From positions 148,669 through 212,668 of IMG/VR virus record IMGVR_UViG_3300037067_019009: 64,000 nt of DNA. One strand, given 5' to 3'. Position numbers and translations under genes: made by a program. The notes below the pieces were generated by a model, which saw nothing but the letters and a program-made list of their open reading frames with translations, was not told the DNA's origin and did no database searches. This stretch comes from a virus (Duplodnaviria > Caudoviricetes). Positions 27,175 through 37,300 of this stretch are shown here, piece by piece. The number at the start of each line of letters is the position of its first letter. Within the stretch, counting starts at the first letter, position 1.

Positions 27175-30100
27175 ATGGAAACTTATCAAAAGCGAGAGCA
27201 TAGTAATAGCCTAGCTAAATGGGGAGCCTCCGCTGGCGCGGTGGCTGCTCTTGTAGTGGGACGTAAAAAGATAGCTGCCTACGCTGTCGGTGGGCTGGAA
27301 AAAGTCGCGGCTAACCTAGCAAAAAGTGAACGAAGTCATGCCGAGTTTGCTGTTACGCGTTGGGTTAGAGACTTGGAGCAGACTGGCGAATCTTTGCGTA
27401 ATGCCGCCGCTGTACAAGTTGGGCAGGCCAGGATGGAGAAGATCCTGTCCACTGGTATAGAAGAAGAGCTTCCTGCTTGGGGAGCCCAACACATAAAAGC
27501 TCTGTTTGGAGCTAAAGGTGAGCACTCTTGGATTTTTGCTGGGGCTCGGCGAGGTGTTCCAGAGATCTCCGGCTATCTGGAGTCCCCAGAGTTTGCTGAC
27601 ATGGTTGAGGCCGCAGGTGGTGTAGCTTCGGCTACTAGAGCGATTCTACGGGCTAGGCAAGCAGCCAATGTAGGGGATCTTTTTACTTCCGGCGGACTTC
27701 CAGAAAACGTGGAGCGGCAGTTAGCGAACGCTCTTCGCGTACATGAGAAACATGCATGGGGGGAGTTCGAGCGTCTAGCCGAGCCCGCTGCCTTTGGCGT
27801 TCATAATGCCGGTAAGGTGGGGTGGGGAAGGCAGCTACTATATGCGAGTGGAACTAAGGAAGCCACCTTATCTGAAGTAGAAGGGATGCTGAGTTCGGGG
27901 TCTGTCTCAGAAGGCATGCGCGAGTCTCTTAACAGATTATTAGGTGATAAGAGAACCATAGAAGAGATCGGGAAGCGCGTAGGGGCAAGCCAGGAGAGGG
28001 TAGAGCAAGTAGTTCGCAACCTGCGTGTAGAGGGGTTGTACAATACAGAGGCTGGGCTAAAAGACCTGCGGGGTCTTTCTGAAGGCATGGCCGGGCTACA
28101 TGACTATCTAGGTACCCACTTTCAAATACCCATAATACCCTACATATCTGGTTTCAACCCACTCAGCATGGCTCCATGGCTCGCCAAGTCTGGGGCCCCC
28201 AAGTCTGCGTTTATCGGTTTTAATGAGACCGAAAAGCAGCTTGGACTTCTAGACAAACTGCGGCCTGGAATGAATCTTTCCGTCTATCAAGGAAAGGCTG
28301 TTGGAGTTAGGTTCGTAGAGGGGGGAGTGGAGACGGCCTCTGAAGTCGAGGGCACTGTAAGATTGTTGCAGTCCGGCGCTGGGGGATTTCAGAGTAGGGT
28401 TGTAGAGAATTTGCTGGCCTCCACAAACCAGGAACCAATCGGCGGAGTCAGGGGCTTTTTTGGGTTCGGGCAGCACCAGCCCTCACTACTGAGTAAGTTG
28501 GGATCGATTTTCAGTAAGTACAGTGATCCAAGATATCCCTCCACGGCACTAGAGCTAATATACGGACAGGGTAAGGACGCACCAGAAGAAGCCGTTAGAT
28601 CCATAACAAGTTTTCTGAAACGCCGAGGACGCATTTCATCTGAGGCTATAGAGCGCCTGGTTTCGGAATCTCCGGGGGTAACTAAGGGCTCACCCATTGA
28701 TGAGGTGCTTAAGAACTTCTCTAGTGATGAGGCAGTAAAAGAATTCTTTTTCAAATATCGTAGAGGCTTACCCGAAGAATATCTTGGAGCATCAGGTAGT
28801 CTTCGTAATTTGTTAAAGGATTTTGATGCGGATCCCCTTGGGGTGATCGGGCGCAAAAAGATATTAGCGGATACGGACTTCTTCACTATAAATCTCCTCG
28901 GCTCCCCCGATCCGATAAGTGGCGTGGACTTGATGCGCCAGGCTCTGCTGGATGAGTACGTATTAAAATACGGAGATCCGATGTGGTCGAACGCTAAGCC
29001 ACTCCTTGAAAGCTTGAAGGGCCTTGGGCTAACTGATAAGGAGTTAGTGGAAGCGGAATCTTTTGTGCACGGCGCTAATCTTTCTAGGTTACTGGGAAGA
29101 GGATCATACAAAGATGCTATTTCGTATATGACCGAGGGTACCCAGTCAGGAAGTGTGCAGCGTACAGCCGAGCAGTTAGTTAACACAAAGCTATCCATTC
29201 TGGAGCCATTTACCAAGCCTAGTAAGGTTGAGGGCTTGCCGGAAGTCTTTGCTATTCGTGAAGGCGAGAGCATTCTTGCGTACATAAACAGAAGCATAAA
29301 AGAAGGCAAGTCGGTTCGGGAAATTTTAGAAGAGTTGCCAAGATCCGCTGTGGTGCAGCAGGGCATACCGGCTTTCTTTAAAGGAATAAAGGATCCGGTG
29401 AACTTTACGACTGGGTCCCTTCCATCTTACTTCATGGCGGAGAGACTCAATACCTCCATAGCGGATTACGGGCTTGGTCTTTCTCCTGAGCACTTAGGCA
29501 GTGGCTGGGATATACTGTCCGGTCTCATATTTAAGAGGGTGCTGCCTGGTTGGGCAGCCTACGAAGCGTGGAACTATCTAAACTATGAGTCTGAAAACGA
29601 TTTCGGGACGAGCCCAAAAGATGTTATTACCAATGTCAGAGCTAGAGCCAGGATAGCTAGAGCTCATCTTACGGGGTGGATGCGGGCGGATGATCTATTC
29701 CCGGGATTTGATCGCAACCCCATACTTGCTCCGATATTATCAAAAGGCAATGTAGATGAAGAGCTTCAGCAGTTGTCTTCCGGCTACGAACCGGTAAGGC
29801 AAGGCAGGTACTGGATGTTTGGAACCGGTACGCCTTTCACCGGTGGAAAGATCCAGTACTATCTACCAGACCCGTACCAGAGAGCTCACTCCAACTGGGA
29901 GTCTGCCGATAATGCTGATCTGTCTACTGCCAGATCGTGGTCTCATTCCATACTACCGACACCTCGTTACCCACTCAGTTTCGTAGAGCACTTCGCAGAT
30001 CCTTACTGGTGGGAGTCCGCTCATTCTATGGGATCTAATCCTGACAGGCCCTATGTTATTTCCGGGCCAATGAGTGACCCCAGTACTCCATGGGGACCAA

Positions 30101-33100
30101 TAGTAAATAGCACGATAGGGCAAGTGCTAAAACCAACTAGGGTTTTGTACCCAGAGTACGATCCTAGAAACATGAAGAGCGGGACAGCTTACTATGGCTA
30201 TACGCCTACTGAGGATGATTACCTGCTAGAGTATGAGCGGAATGAGGGGGACGACTACTCCTATGATGACCTTATACTCTCTGGTCCTACAGCCGCTAGA
30301 ACTATGCCTGCAGGCGCTGTACAGCTGGCTAGCGTTGGTGGGAGATATGGAGGTGGTTATGGGTCGGCTGGAATTGGGTATGGCGGCGCGGGAGAAGGCG
30401 GCTATGGCGGCATAGGGACCGGCGGTGGCGGAGGTTATGGAAATCTTACATCCGGCAGAGCGGTAGTAAGTATGGGGCGCGGCGCCGCTTATCTAGGCAC
30501 CTCTGGAGGAGGACGAGCCAGACTTAAATATCCTCATGGCGCTGAAATAGTTGGTTATCTAGGAGATCCTACTGACACAGAATATCCAGATGTGGTAGGA
30601 CAGTCAGCCTCCAGTCTTAGGGAGCTGGCTGGTATTTATGGTTGGGGAACGGCTGTACTCACTGGAACAAACGATACTTATGGCCTGAGGATGGACGATC
30701 CAAGTGCGGCTTATGGTGCTGGAGCAAGATACTGGAGCGCTAACATTGGTGGCTTGGGAGGAGTCGCTAGTGAAATTGGTAGAAGATTTTTATACAAAAG
30801 GCCAAAGACTGCCGAGTATTACGATCCGGTGCCGAACTCTCTGGCCGACACATGGCTGCCAGGTTCAAGCTACTTCACTAATTTTCAGCGTGGAGACCCA
30901 TATGCTGATAACAATGGTTTGTTGAGGCTTCCAGGAGAGGCTTACGAAAGGGCGCATGGAGTAAAGCTCATGCTTACACGTGCGAGCTCAGTAGGAAAAT
31001 CCCCTAATGAACTGCTGCTCGAGCTTATACACCAGAAAGAGCCCCTGGATGAGGAAGCGGAAAAGATAACAGGTTTGGGTACGCAGCTGCACAAAGTTAT
31101 CCAGTCCCAGTGGAGACGGCAAGGGGTGCTACTCGCGTCTGAAGTTCCTATTTTCGATGACAAAGTTGGAGTGTCCGGCCACATGGACGCGGTTCTTAAT
31201 TGGAATGGCAGTCCGGTGATAGCTGAAATAAAGACTATGTCGGAGAAAAGGTACAATATGGGTGGGCTTTTCCCTGAACATCAGGAACAGCTTAATTTCT
31301 ATATGCATACCACAGGAATAAGCAGGGGATTGATGGTGTACGTTAATAGAGATGATGCAAGGGATGTAAGGACCACTTGGATGGATTACTCCCCTGGGCT
31401 GTACGCCTCTACGATGAACAAGTTGAATTCCGTGCGCAGACAGGCCAAGTCTTTAGTCGATTCTGGAGTCATCTCTAGGGCAGATCTATATGATGATATA
31501 ACGCGCTTCGAAATTCTTAGCGATGTTGCGGCATATAGTGATGAGTTCTATGGCATGCGGGATTACCTGAGCCATCAACGACAAGTAGGACAACTCGATG
31601 ACGCTCAGTTTGAAAGGTTTAAGGCCGCTAAAAAGCGGGCCATGCACTCCAAAGAAAAATACAACCTAGATTCCTACCGATTTGCTGGCAGCAGTACTAC
31701 ACAGAAGAGTTACGTAGTGGATAGGATAGTTGATCCTAATACCATACTAGTTGAGGGCAGCGATACTCCGATACGTCTGGCCGGGGTGAGAGGATCTGGC
31801 GAGCGTATAGCGGAATACTTCTCCAAGCACCACATGGACGGCGGAAACTTGATTCGTGGGTTACTTGGGATGGAGGATGAAGAGTTTTCGTCCCCAGCTG
31901 AGGAAATGTATGCTAGGGTGTATGGTATTCGGAAAGGTTCTGAGATCGATGTGGGGGTAAGCACGGATCCAGAGGAGCAGTACGGCAAAGACATGTTCGG
32001 GACGGAGCGTGTTGTCCTCTACCATAATGGCGTTAACATTAGCCATGACATGCTTATGCGCGGGTTGGCGGTTGAAAAAGAAACCGACTATTCATCTGCT
32101 GGAGTAGAAGCAAGATTTACTCCAATCCAAAGAGGGTTCGGTACCCTGTATGAAGAACTGGCTCACGCGGATACGCCATTCAATACCAAGCTCTCCAAGG
32201 TAAGGAGCCCGGTGGAGGAGTATATTAGAACTCAGGTATATGGGAAGCTGGGAACCTCGTGGTCGCACCCCATAGCCTCCTTCATTACTCCAACAATAGA
32301 GGCTTACGCGGTCAGGGATCCAATACTTGCCGGTGTTTCCATGGCGGCATTTGCTTCGATGTTCGGTAGAACCAAAAGCATGAAGGGCAAACTGGCTTTA
32401 GTTGGTTTGGCCGCTGGAGCTGCGGCTTCCTTGGGATTGAAGGCTCATGAGTTAAGTACAGGGGAGCCATGGATACCAAAGAGGGTACGCAAACGGCGAG
32501 AAATTGAAGAGTACTACGATATCTTAAAGTACACGAAGTACATGGGTCTGTACGAATACGCTAAGAGAGAAGCGAAAAGTAAAGAGTCTTTCGATGTAGA
32601 GGGTTTCCTGTTGGAGGAGGCCACGGCAGGAGACGAGCGTAATCGCATACGTAGGGGCTTAGTTAAACGTAAGGCTAAGTTGAAGCACGATATGATGTCG
32701 TCTACTCCTACTCCAGCCGAGCAGCTTCGTTCAATAAACTCTAAGATAAAAGCGCCCGGTGACAAGTCCGTTAAACTGACAAACAAAGACCAGCTCAAGA
32801 TAATAAATCAAGAGATCAACAGCATAGCTGGCTATAGAAAAGACGTGTCCCTTGGACCGTGGGCTTCCCAAGCCATACTATACAAACAGATGGCTGACCG
32901 TACTATGTATGCTGCGGAACCCACTGATTTTAGGACTATGATGGGAGCTCTGCCTAAGTACGAGCGTGAGATTCTAATCAAGGCCATAGCTAATTCCACA
33001 CCAGAAGAGCGCAAGCGTTTATATGGTCTTTTACCTGATTATGAGAAGCGCCTCCTCGGTCCACATTTAGGGTTCTCCGACAAACTGCAGCGAATGGAGT

Positions 33101-33480
33101 TAGCGGAGTACTTTAAAACTCATACGCTCCCTAGCAAAGACTGGGAGGGGTGGAGAGAAGACGTTCCCTTGGAAGCGCTAAAGATACGCACCATACGCTA
33201 TGAAGGATTGGATCCGATGGACTTCGGTGTTTATCCGCAGGTAGTCGAACAGGTTGATAGGACTGCCGCGAATGTGGAAGTGCCTACAGTGAATGGTAAA
33301 GGTTCTGATATAGAGAACGCGTTAGCCGATGTACTTGCGGGCCAGGGGCTGTCCAATCTAAACGTCCATGTGAGAGTTGTTCCGGACAGGCAGTCTCACG
33401 AGGATGTTATCGATGTTAATATGGATATTCGTCACGATAGGAGAGCAGACTTAGTCTCTGCCCTACGAAAATACTACTAG
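27175..33480 (+). CDS. Tape-measure-position giant protein with PD-(D/E)XK (Cas4/RecB-like) nuclease and SNase-like domains
   Basis: Follows the chaperones; TM-like Gly/Ala segments; GTQLH...E...GHMD...EIKT...QLNFY; VDRIVDPNTI...IRLAGV...DMFG...MLMRGLA. Confidence 0.75.
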   Translation: METYQKREHSNSLAKWGASAGAVAALVVGRKKIAAYAVGGLEKVAANLAKSERSHAEFAVTRWVRDLEQTGESLRNAAAVQVGQARMEKILSTGIEEELPAWGAQHIKALFGAKGEHSWIFAGARRGVPEISGYLESPEFADMVEAAGGVASATRAILRARQAANVGDLFTSGGLPENVERQLANALRVHEKHAWGEFERLAEPAAFGVHNAGKVGWGRQLLYASGTKEATLSEVEGMLSSGSVSEGMRESLNRLLGDKRTIEEIGKRVGASQERVEQVVRNLRVEGLYNTEAGLKDLRGLSEGMAGLHDYLGTHFQIPIIPYISGFNPLSMAPWLAKSGAPKSAFIGFNETEKQLGLLDKLRPGMNLSVYQGKAVGVRFVEGGVETASEVEGTVRLLQSGAGGFQSRVVENLLASTNQEPIGGVRGFFGFGQHQPSLLSKLGSIFSKYSDPRYPSTALELIYGQGKDAPEEAVRSITSFLKRRGRISSEAIERLVSESPGVTKGSPIDEVLKNFSSDEAVKEFFFKYRRGLPEEYLGASGSLRNLLKDFDADPLGVIGRKKILADTDFFTINLLGSPDPISGVDLMRQALLDEYVLKYGDPMWSNAKPLLESLKGLGLTDKELVEAESFVHGANLSRLLGRGSYKDAISYMTEGTQSGSVQRTAEQLVNTKLSILEPFTKPSKVEGLPEVFAIREGESILAYINRSIKEGKSVREILEELPRSAVVQQGIPAFFKGIKDPVNFTTGSLPSYFMAERLNTSIADYGLGLSPEHLGSGWDILSGLIFKRVLPGWAAYEAWNYLNYESENDFGTSPKDVITNVRARARIARAHLTGWMRADDLFPGFDRNPILAPILSKGNVDEELQQLSSGYEPVRQGRYWMFGTGTPFTGGKIQYYLPDPYQRAHSNWESADNADLSTARSWSHSILPTPRYPLSFVEHFADPYWWESAHSMGSNPDRPYVISGPMSDPSTPWGPIVNSTIGQVLKPTRVLYPEYDPRNMKSGTAYYGYTPTEDDYLLEYERNEGDDYSYDDLILSGPTAARTMPAGAVQLASVGGRYGGGYGSAGIGYGGAGEGGYGGIGTGGGGGYGNLTSGRAVVSMGRGAAYLGTSGGGRARLKYPHGAEIVGYLGDPTDTEYPDVVGQSASSLRELAGIYGWGTAVLTGTNDTYGLRMDDPSAAYGAGARYWSANIGGLGGVASEIGRRFLYKRPKTAEYYDPVPNSLADTWLPGSSYFTNFQRGDPYADNNGLLRLPGEAYERAHGVKLMLTRASSVGKSPNELLLELIHQKEPLDEEAEKITGLGTQLHKVIQSQWRRQGVLLASEVPIFDDKVGVSGHMDAVLNWNGSPVIAEIKTMSEKRYNMGGLFPEHQEQLNFYMHTTGISRGLMVYVNRDDARDVRTTWMDYSPGLYASTMNKLNSVRRQAKSLVDSGVISRADLYDDITRFEILSDVAAYSDEFYGMRDYLSHQRQVGQLDDAQFERFKAAKKRAMHSKEKYNLDSYRFAGSSTTQKSYVVDRIVDPNTILVEGSDTPIRLAGVRGSGERIAEYFSKHHMDGGNLIRGLLGMEDEEFSSPAEEMYARVYGIRKGSEIDVGVSTDPEEQYGKDMFGTERVVLYHNGVNISHDMLMRGLAVEKETDYSSAGVEARFTPIQRGFGTLYEELAHADTPFNTKLSKVRSPVEEYIRTQVYGKLGTSWSHPIASFITPTIEAYAVRDPILAGVSMAAFASMFGRTKSMKGKLALVGLAAGAAASLGLKAHELSTGEPWIPKRVRKRREIEEYYDILKYTKYMGLYEYAKREAKSKESFDVEGFLLEEATAGDERNRIRRGLVKRKAKLKHDMMSSTPTPAEQLRSINSKIKAPGDKSVKLTNKDQLKIINQEINSIAGYRKDVSLGPWASQAILYKQMADRTMYAAEPTDFRTMMGALPKYEREILIKAIANSTPEERKRLYGLLPDYEKRLLGPHLGFSDKLQRMELAEYFKTHTLPSKDWEGWREDVPLEALKIRTIRYEGLDPMDFGVYPQVVEQVDRTAANVEVPTVNGKGSDIENALADVLAGQGLSNLNVHVRVVPDRQSHEDVIDVNMDIRHDRRADLVSALRKYY

Positions 33481-33497
33481 GGCGAAATATTCTGTGT

Positions 33498-33513
33498 CTA
33501 CTTGCCTATAATA
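33498..33513 (+). promoter_or_regulatory. Putative phage promoter CTACTTGCCTATAATA
   Basis: 16/16 identical to 51082..51097; intergenic; contains TATAAT. Confidence 0.7.
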
Positions 33514-33543
33514 AATTGTGGCCACGCTTAGGAGGAAATTGTT

Positions 33544-34596
33544 CTGAATACAGTAGATACGCAAGAGAAAGTGAGATTAGGCCTAGATGAGGGGCTACCT
33601 GCAATACAACTGATGAAGTTGGTTCCTGGGCGCACCCCAGGGCAGAAAGCCGCTAACCTTAGAGATATAGTCAGGGACCTAATTAATCGTGGAGAATTGG
33701 CTCCATCTAAGGCTGTCATAGCTAGCCCCGAGCGGGGGTATGCTGATTTATCTTACTCTGAGGTTCTGGAGGAGTACAACGCTCTAATCAAGCGCGATGC
33801 TGTTCCAGTAGAAAAAGTTCCATATGTGTCAGTGTCTTCTAAGGAAACCACCATAGTTATTGGAGATCTGCACACACCAGAGCACAGGATGGATTTACTC
33901 ATGCGTATTGCTAAAGAGCATGAGGGGTCTAGGCTTATAATAGCCGGTGACTTAATGGATTTTCAAAGATTTTCTAAGTTCACTAAAAATGTAAGGTCAG
34001 CGAACCGTAGTCTCGAGCAGCGTATGTCAGTGGTGGAACTTCTTAAGACAGGGACGGCTGTTGTAGACATACTCCGTCATTACTTTTCGGACGTCGTAAT
34101 AAAGCGTGGTAACCATGATATACGTCTAGCTTCAATGTTGTCCCAGTGTTTCTCAGATGGAGCAGAACTCGCGGACTTTTTATTCGAGTCCATGTTTGCG
34201 AATATGCCAAATGTTTCCATGATGAGTTCTGCTATAGAAGATTTCTTTATGCTGAAGCGCGGAGACGCTTGGGTTGGGCACTGGGATTGTATCTCCGCTA
34301 AAGTAACTAATCGCGGCGCTAACGAGGCAGTCGATTGGATGTTGGATAATGACTACATAACAGCTCAAGGGGAATGGAATGTTCTGATACAATTGCACAC
34401 GCATCTAGCCAGTCTTGGAATACATAGAGGTAAACTGGCTATCGAGTGCGGGTGTATGTCTAGGATGCAGGATTATACGTGGGAAAAGCCAGGGAAGTAC
34501 AGATATCCAAGGAATGGCTACTTTGAGCTAGTGCAGTACGATGGGATAACGGATTGGGAGGAGAGTAGGCTTCGTCTTTTGAGGACGAAAGAGTAG
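33544..34596 (+). CDS. Calcineurin-like metallophosphoesterase
   Basis: GDLH, GDLMD, GNHD, H, HTH motifs; GGAGG at 33531 suggests a CTG start at 33544 (GTG 33571 is the alternative). Confidence 0.85.
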   Translation: MNTVDTQEKVRLGLDEGLPAIQLMKLVPGRTPGQKAANLRDIVRDLINRGELAPSKAVIASPERGYADLSYSEVLEEYNALIKRDAVPVEKVPYVSVSSKETTIVIGDLHTPEHRMDLLMRIAKEHEGSRLIIAGDLMDFQRFSKFTKNVRSANRSLEQRMSVVELLKTGTAVVDILRHYFSDVVIKRGNHDIRLASMLSQCFSDGAELADFLFESMFANMPNVSMMSSAIEDFFMLKRGDAWVGHWDCISAKVTNRGANEAVDWMLDNDYITAQGEWNVLIQLHTHLASLGIHRGKLAIECGCMSRMQDYTWEKPGKYRYPRNGYFELVQYDGITDWEESRLRLLRTKE

Positions 34597-34609
34597 CCTA
34601 ATAAACATC

Positions 34610-35527
34610 ATGACGAGTACTATTTTTTATACATGGTCAGGATTAGCTGACGCTTTACTTGCTATGGGAGCAGTGAGAAGTTACTGTAAGGCGTTCAATA
34701 CCACGGTAGATGTTGCTGTGTCTGAGGAGAGCCTGATGCCTATTCTAACTAATGCATGGTTTGTTAGAAAAGTCATACATGTGGCCGCCGGGCAAGAGAT
34801 AGATACAAGTAGCTACGAGTCTACCGTAGACGTCACGGATGTCGATAGGGCAGTTTGCGTGGAGGCCGAACTTCAACTCCGTAGAGAAAGAAAAGCTGTA
34901 ATAGACGCCGAGATAACTAAGGTAGCAGAGAAGCTTGATGTTGCGGAGGACAAAATACAAAAACCGCCGGAGTATCCCATGCTTGAAAGGGACACGCCCA
35001 CCTGGAATAAGTTAATGGGGTATGTGCATTCTATCCACACACAGCTCAATGTGGATTTCGAATTAGATGAGCATCGGCCTCTTATGCCTTCTGTTCCCGG
35101 AATAGCCGAAAGGACTAGAAAATGGCTCAACGCGAACAGGCAGGATATCCGGCCTGGTATTCCTTTTATATTGGTTCAAGGACTGGACTGGCTTGATTCC
35201 TACGGCATGGAGTTTATTTATCCCGACTGTATGGAGTGTATAGTCGTAGACGATCTGGATCTCAGCTTAGTGGTGGGTCTGGTGTCACACAAATTGTGCG
35301 CTGCCGTAGCTGGTCCGGTATCTGGAGGCCTTTCCTATCTAGGATGGGCGGCCAACGTGCAACTAATTATAGAGTTCATCAATAAGGATGTAGAACCTTA
35401 TTGGCAGTTGTCCAGGCATGACAACGCGGTATCCTTTAAGATAGATGACGCGGATAAGGCAATTATGCTGTCTAGAAGCTTAGCCGCTATTTACGAGAAG
35501 CGGCTTGGTGTGGAGGTAGTTTTATAG
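34610..35527 (+). CDS. GT9 (heptosyltransferase-like, GT-B) glycosyltransferase-like protein
   Basis: SGLADALLAMGAVRS...ILTNAWFVRKVI resembles GT9 GIGDvl...llxxxPxvdeVi; VAGPVSGGLSYLGWAANVQLI resembles the GT9 DSGxxHxAxA region. Confidence 0.55.
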   Translation: MTSTIFYTWSGLADALLAMGAVRSYCKAFNTTVDVAVSEESLMPILTNAWFVRKVIHVAAGQEIDTSSYESTVDVTDVDRAVCVEAELQLRRERKAVIDAEITKVAEKLDVAEDKIQKPPEYPMLERDTPTWNKLMGYVHSIHTQLNVDFELDEHRPLMPSVPGIAERTRKWLNANRQDIRPGIPFILVQGLDWLDSYGMEFIYPDCMECIVVDDLDLSLVVGLVSHKLCAAVAGPVSGGLSYLGWAANVQLIIEFINKDVEPYWQLSRHDNAVSFKIDDADKAIMLSRSLAAIYEKRLGVEVVL

Positions 35528-35528
35528 T

Positions 35529-36095
35529 ATGAAGGTACTAATAGACCCAGGTCATGGTGGAAAAGACTCCGGCGCCTTTAGCGCTGGGGTGGCAGAGGAA
35601 AACATAGTGTTGGAGTTTGCCGCAATGTTAGGGCACTTTTTAAGAGAGCAGGGAGTGAAAACGTCGTTCACTAGAACAGATGATAGATTCATCGAAGTGA
35701 TGGATAGGGCCGATACTATCAGTGAGGGAGATGTTCTTATCTCGTGTCATGTTAACTCGGCTGCTAATTCCTCTGCAAATGGGGTGTCTGTGTGGTATCA
35801 CGGAGGACAAGCGGACTCCAAAGATTTGGCCAGTTCGGTGTTGACGGCTATTCTGAGTACAGGATTTTTAAGGAAATACAACGCTGGGGTCATAGCCGAT
35901 ACTACGAGATATCCAAAAGGTGGGTTTGGGGTGTTGCGAGAGGCTACAGAAAGACGGGCTGCCGGCGCCGTGTTGGTGGAGCTGGGATTTATATGCAATC
36001 CCAGTGACCGTAGAGTTATGACTGATTCTAGAAAGAGGAATCTTATGGCCATGGCTTCAGCTAAGGCCATTACGGACTGGATCACTAGCCGCTAG
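35529..36095 (+). CDS. N-acetylmuramoyl-L-alanine amidase (Amidase_3), putative endolysin
   Basis: VLIDPGHGGKDSGA, E, ISCHVNS, VLVELGFICN; no cell-wall-binding domain. Confidence 0.92.
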   Translation: MKVLIDPGHGGKDSGAFSAGVAEENIVLEFAAMLGHFLREQGVKTSFTRTDDRFIEVMDRADTISEGDVLISCHVNSAANSSANGVSVWYHGGQADSKDLASSVLTAILSTGFLRKYNAGVIADTTRYPKGGFGVLREATERRAAGAVLVELGFICNPSDRRVMTDSRKRNLMAMASAKAITDWITSR

Positions 36096-36121
36096 TTACA
36101 TGAAGGGGAGGATACCATAAC

Positions 36122-36973
36122 TTGTTAAACTGTGAGGAAAGGGTGCTTTACAGTAATTATGGACGGGATGATGGGCATAGGATATACTGCTGCGATGCTT
36201 TTGCTTTTCTAAAACAAGAAGCGGCAGACACGCGCAAACTTAGAAGTTCTGGTAATGAGGTTGGCTACCGGACAATTGTAACCAGTCCACGTTACAATAC
36301 TGGAAAGGCTTACGGTAGGATAAATGACCGTACGTCTCGTGGAGTCTACCTGGAAGAGATGGAAAAAGCGGGAGAGCTACTTTACGAAGTAGCGGCTGAC
36401 GATTGTGTTTTCTTCTTAAACGTGGGAGACGATTCCGAGTGGCCAGACCGCAGTTGGCAGGTAATGAATGCTTACCGCTTTGCTGGCTGGGATCTAGTCC
36501 AGACTCTGGTCTGGACCAAGCATCAGTCGGGTAGGGGGCATTTTACCCCCATACTGGGAACCAAGCATGTTACTAGCGTGACTGAAAATATTTTTATCAT
36601 GGTAAAGGATCTAAGATTCTACACACTGGATAGACTCGCAGTTGGTGTGGAGTACACGGACAAGAGCAACATAGACAGATTTAACGTTGGTCAGGATCTT
36701 AGGTGCAGGGGGAACTTGTGGTTTATTCCTTACGAGACCACTGGCCGCTCTCACAAAAAGGGGCGCCCGGCCACGTTTCCGGTGAACCTTCCTAAGATGT
36801 GTATAAAACTAAATGGCTGCAAGTACCCGGTTCTTGATCCCTTTGCTGGGTCGCTGACGACCGCTGTAGCGTGTGAGGAGCTTGAGTTACCATATACAGT
36901 ATTGGAGTCCTCAGAGCAGGCGGTAGAATTTGGCATCCAGAGGATACTTAAGGTGTCTAAGTATGGAGACTAA
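36122..36973 (+). CDS. N4-C/N6-A DNA methyltransferase, beta class
   Basis: Motif IV TSPRY before motif I VLDPFAGS; LVWTK; PATFPVNLP. Confidence 0.85.
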   Translation: MLNCEERVLYSNYGRDDGHRIYCCDAFAFLKQEAADTRKLRSSGNEVGYRTIVTSPRYNTGKAYGRINDRTSRGVYLEEMEKAGELLYEVAADDCVFFLNVGDDSEWPDRSWQVMNAYRFAGWDLVQTLVWTKHQSGRGHFTPILGTKHVTSVTENIFIMVKDLRFYTLDRLAVGVEYTDKSNIDRFNVGQDLRCRGNLWFIPYETTGRSHKKGRPATFPVNLPKMCIKLNGCKYPVLDPFAGSLTTAVACEELELPYTVLESSEQAVEFGIQRILKVSKYGD

Positions 36974-37283
36974 TTACGAAATAGAACAGATAGGGGGGGC
37001 CGAAAAAGAGATCTACCGAATAGAAACGGCGGCAGGTTCTATTTTTAACTGTGAGTTCAAGCCCACGCTTAGGGTAGTTGAGTGTGAAAGCAGCAGTGAA
37101 TATGGAGATGTGTTCTTAGAGGGATGGGCAGTCTCCGTTGGAAGGCAGATAAGATTCGTAGGTATAGCCGCGACACCGGAAGTTGGGGGTCTGGTTACAG
37201 TGTCGGACTATCGACCGGTGGATGGGCAGGATGACATGGAAAGGGATAGCGAATTAATAACGAATGTCAGGCGACTACGTTAG
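36963..37283 (+). CDS. Hypothetical protein
   Basis: ATG 36963 overlaps the end of the methyltransferase gene; about 106 aa. Confidence 0.5.
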   Translation: METNYEIEQIGGAEKEIYRIETAAGSIFNCEFKPTLRVVECESSSEYGDVFLEGWAVSVGRQIRFVGIAATPEVGGLVTVSDYRPVDGQDDMERDSELITNVRRLR

Positions 37284-37300
37284 AAAGGGACATAGTTAAA

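Noticed and set aside
28389-29366. 325-aa minus-strand ORF (also 42920..43741, 8695..9219 and the many short minus-strand ORFs)
   Set aside because: They lie entirely antisense to well-supported + strand genes, are Ser-rich shadow translations and show no motifs
30330-30520. GGY/GGC-rich tandem DNA repeat
   Set aside because: It encodes a Gly/Tyr-rich linker with varied codons; protein-level low complexity rather than a DNA repeat element
30970-31440. CRISPR-Cas locus, suggested by the Cas4-like domain
   Set aside because: No repeat-spacer array and no other cas genes in the window; the domain is embedded in a tail-module protein
9273-34596. Stop-codon recoding (TAG or TAA read as sense), suggested by in-frame junctions such as portal to 10971, 27175 to 33544, 43810 to 44134 and the open tail after 25807
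   Set aside because: Genes of 1600-2300 codons contain no internal stops under code 11, several downstream genes have their own SD, and about one third of junctions are in frame by chance
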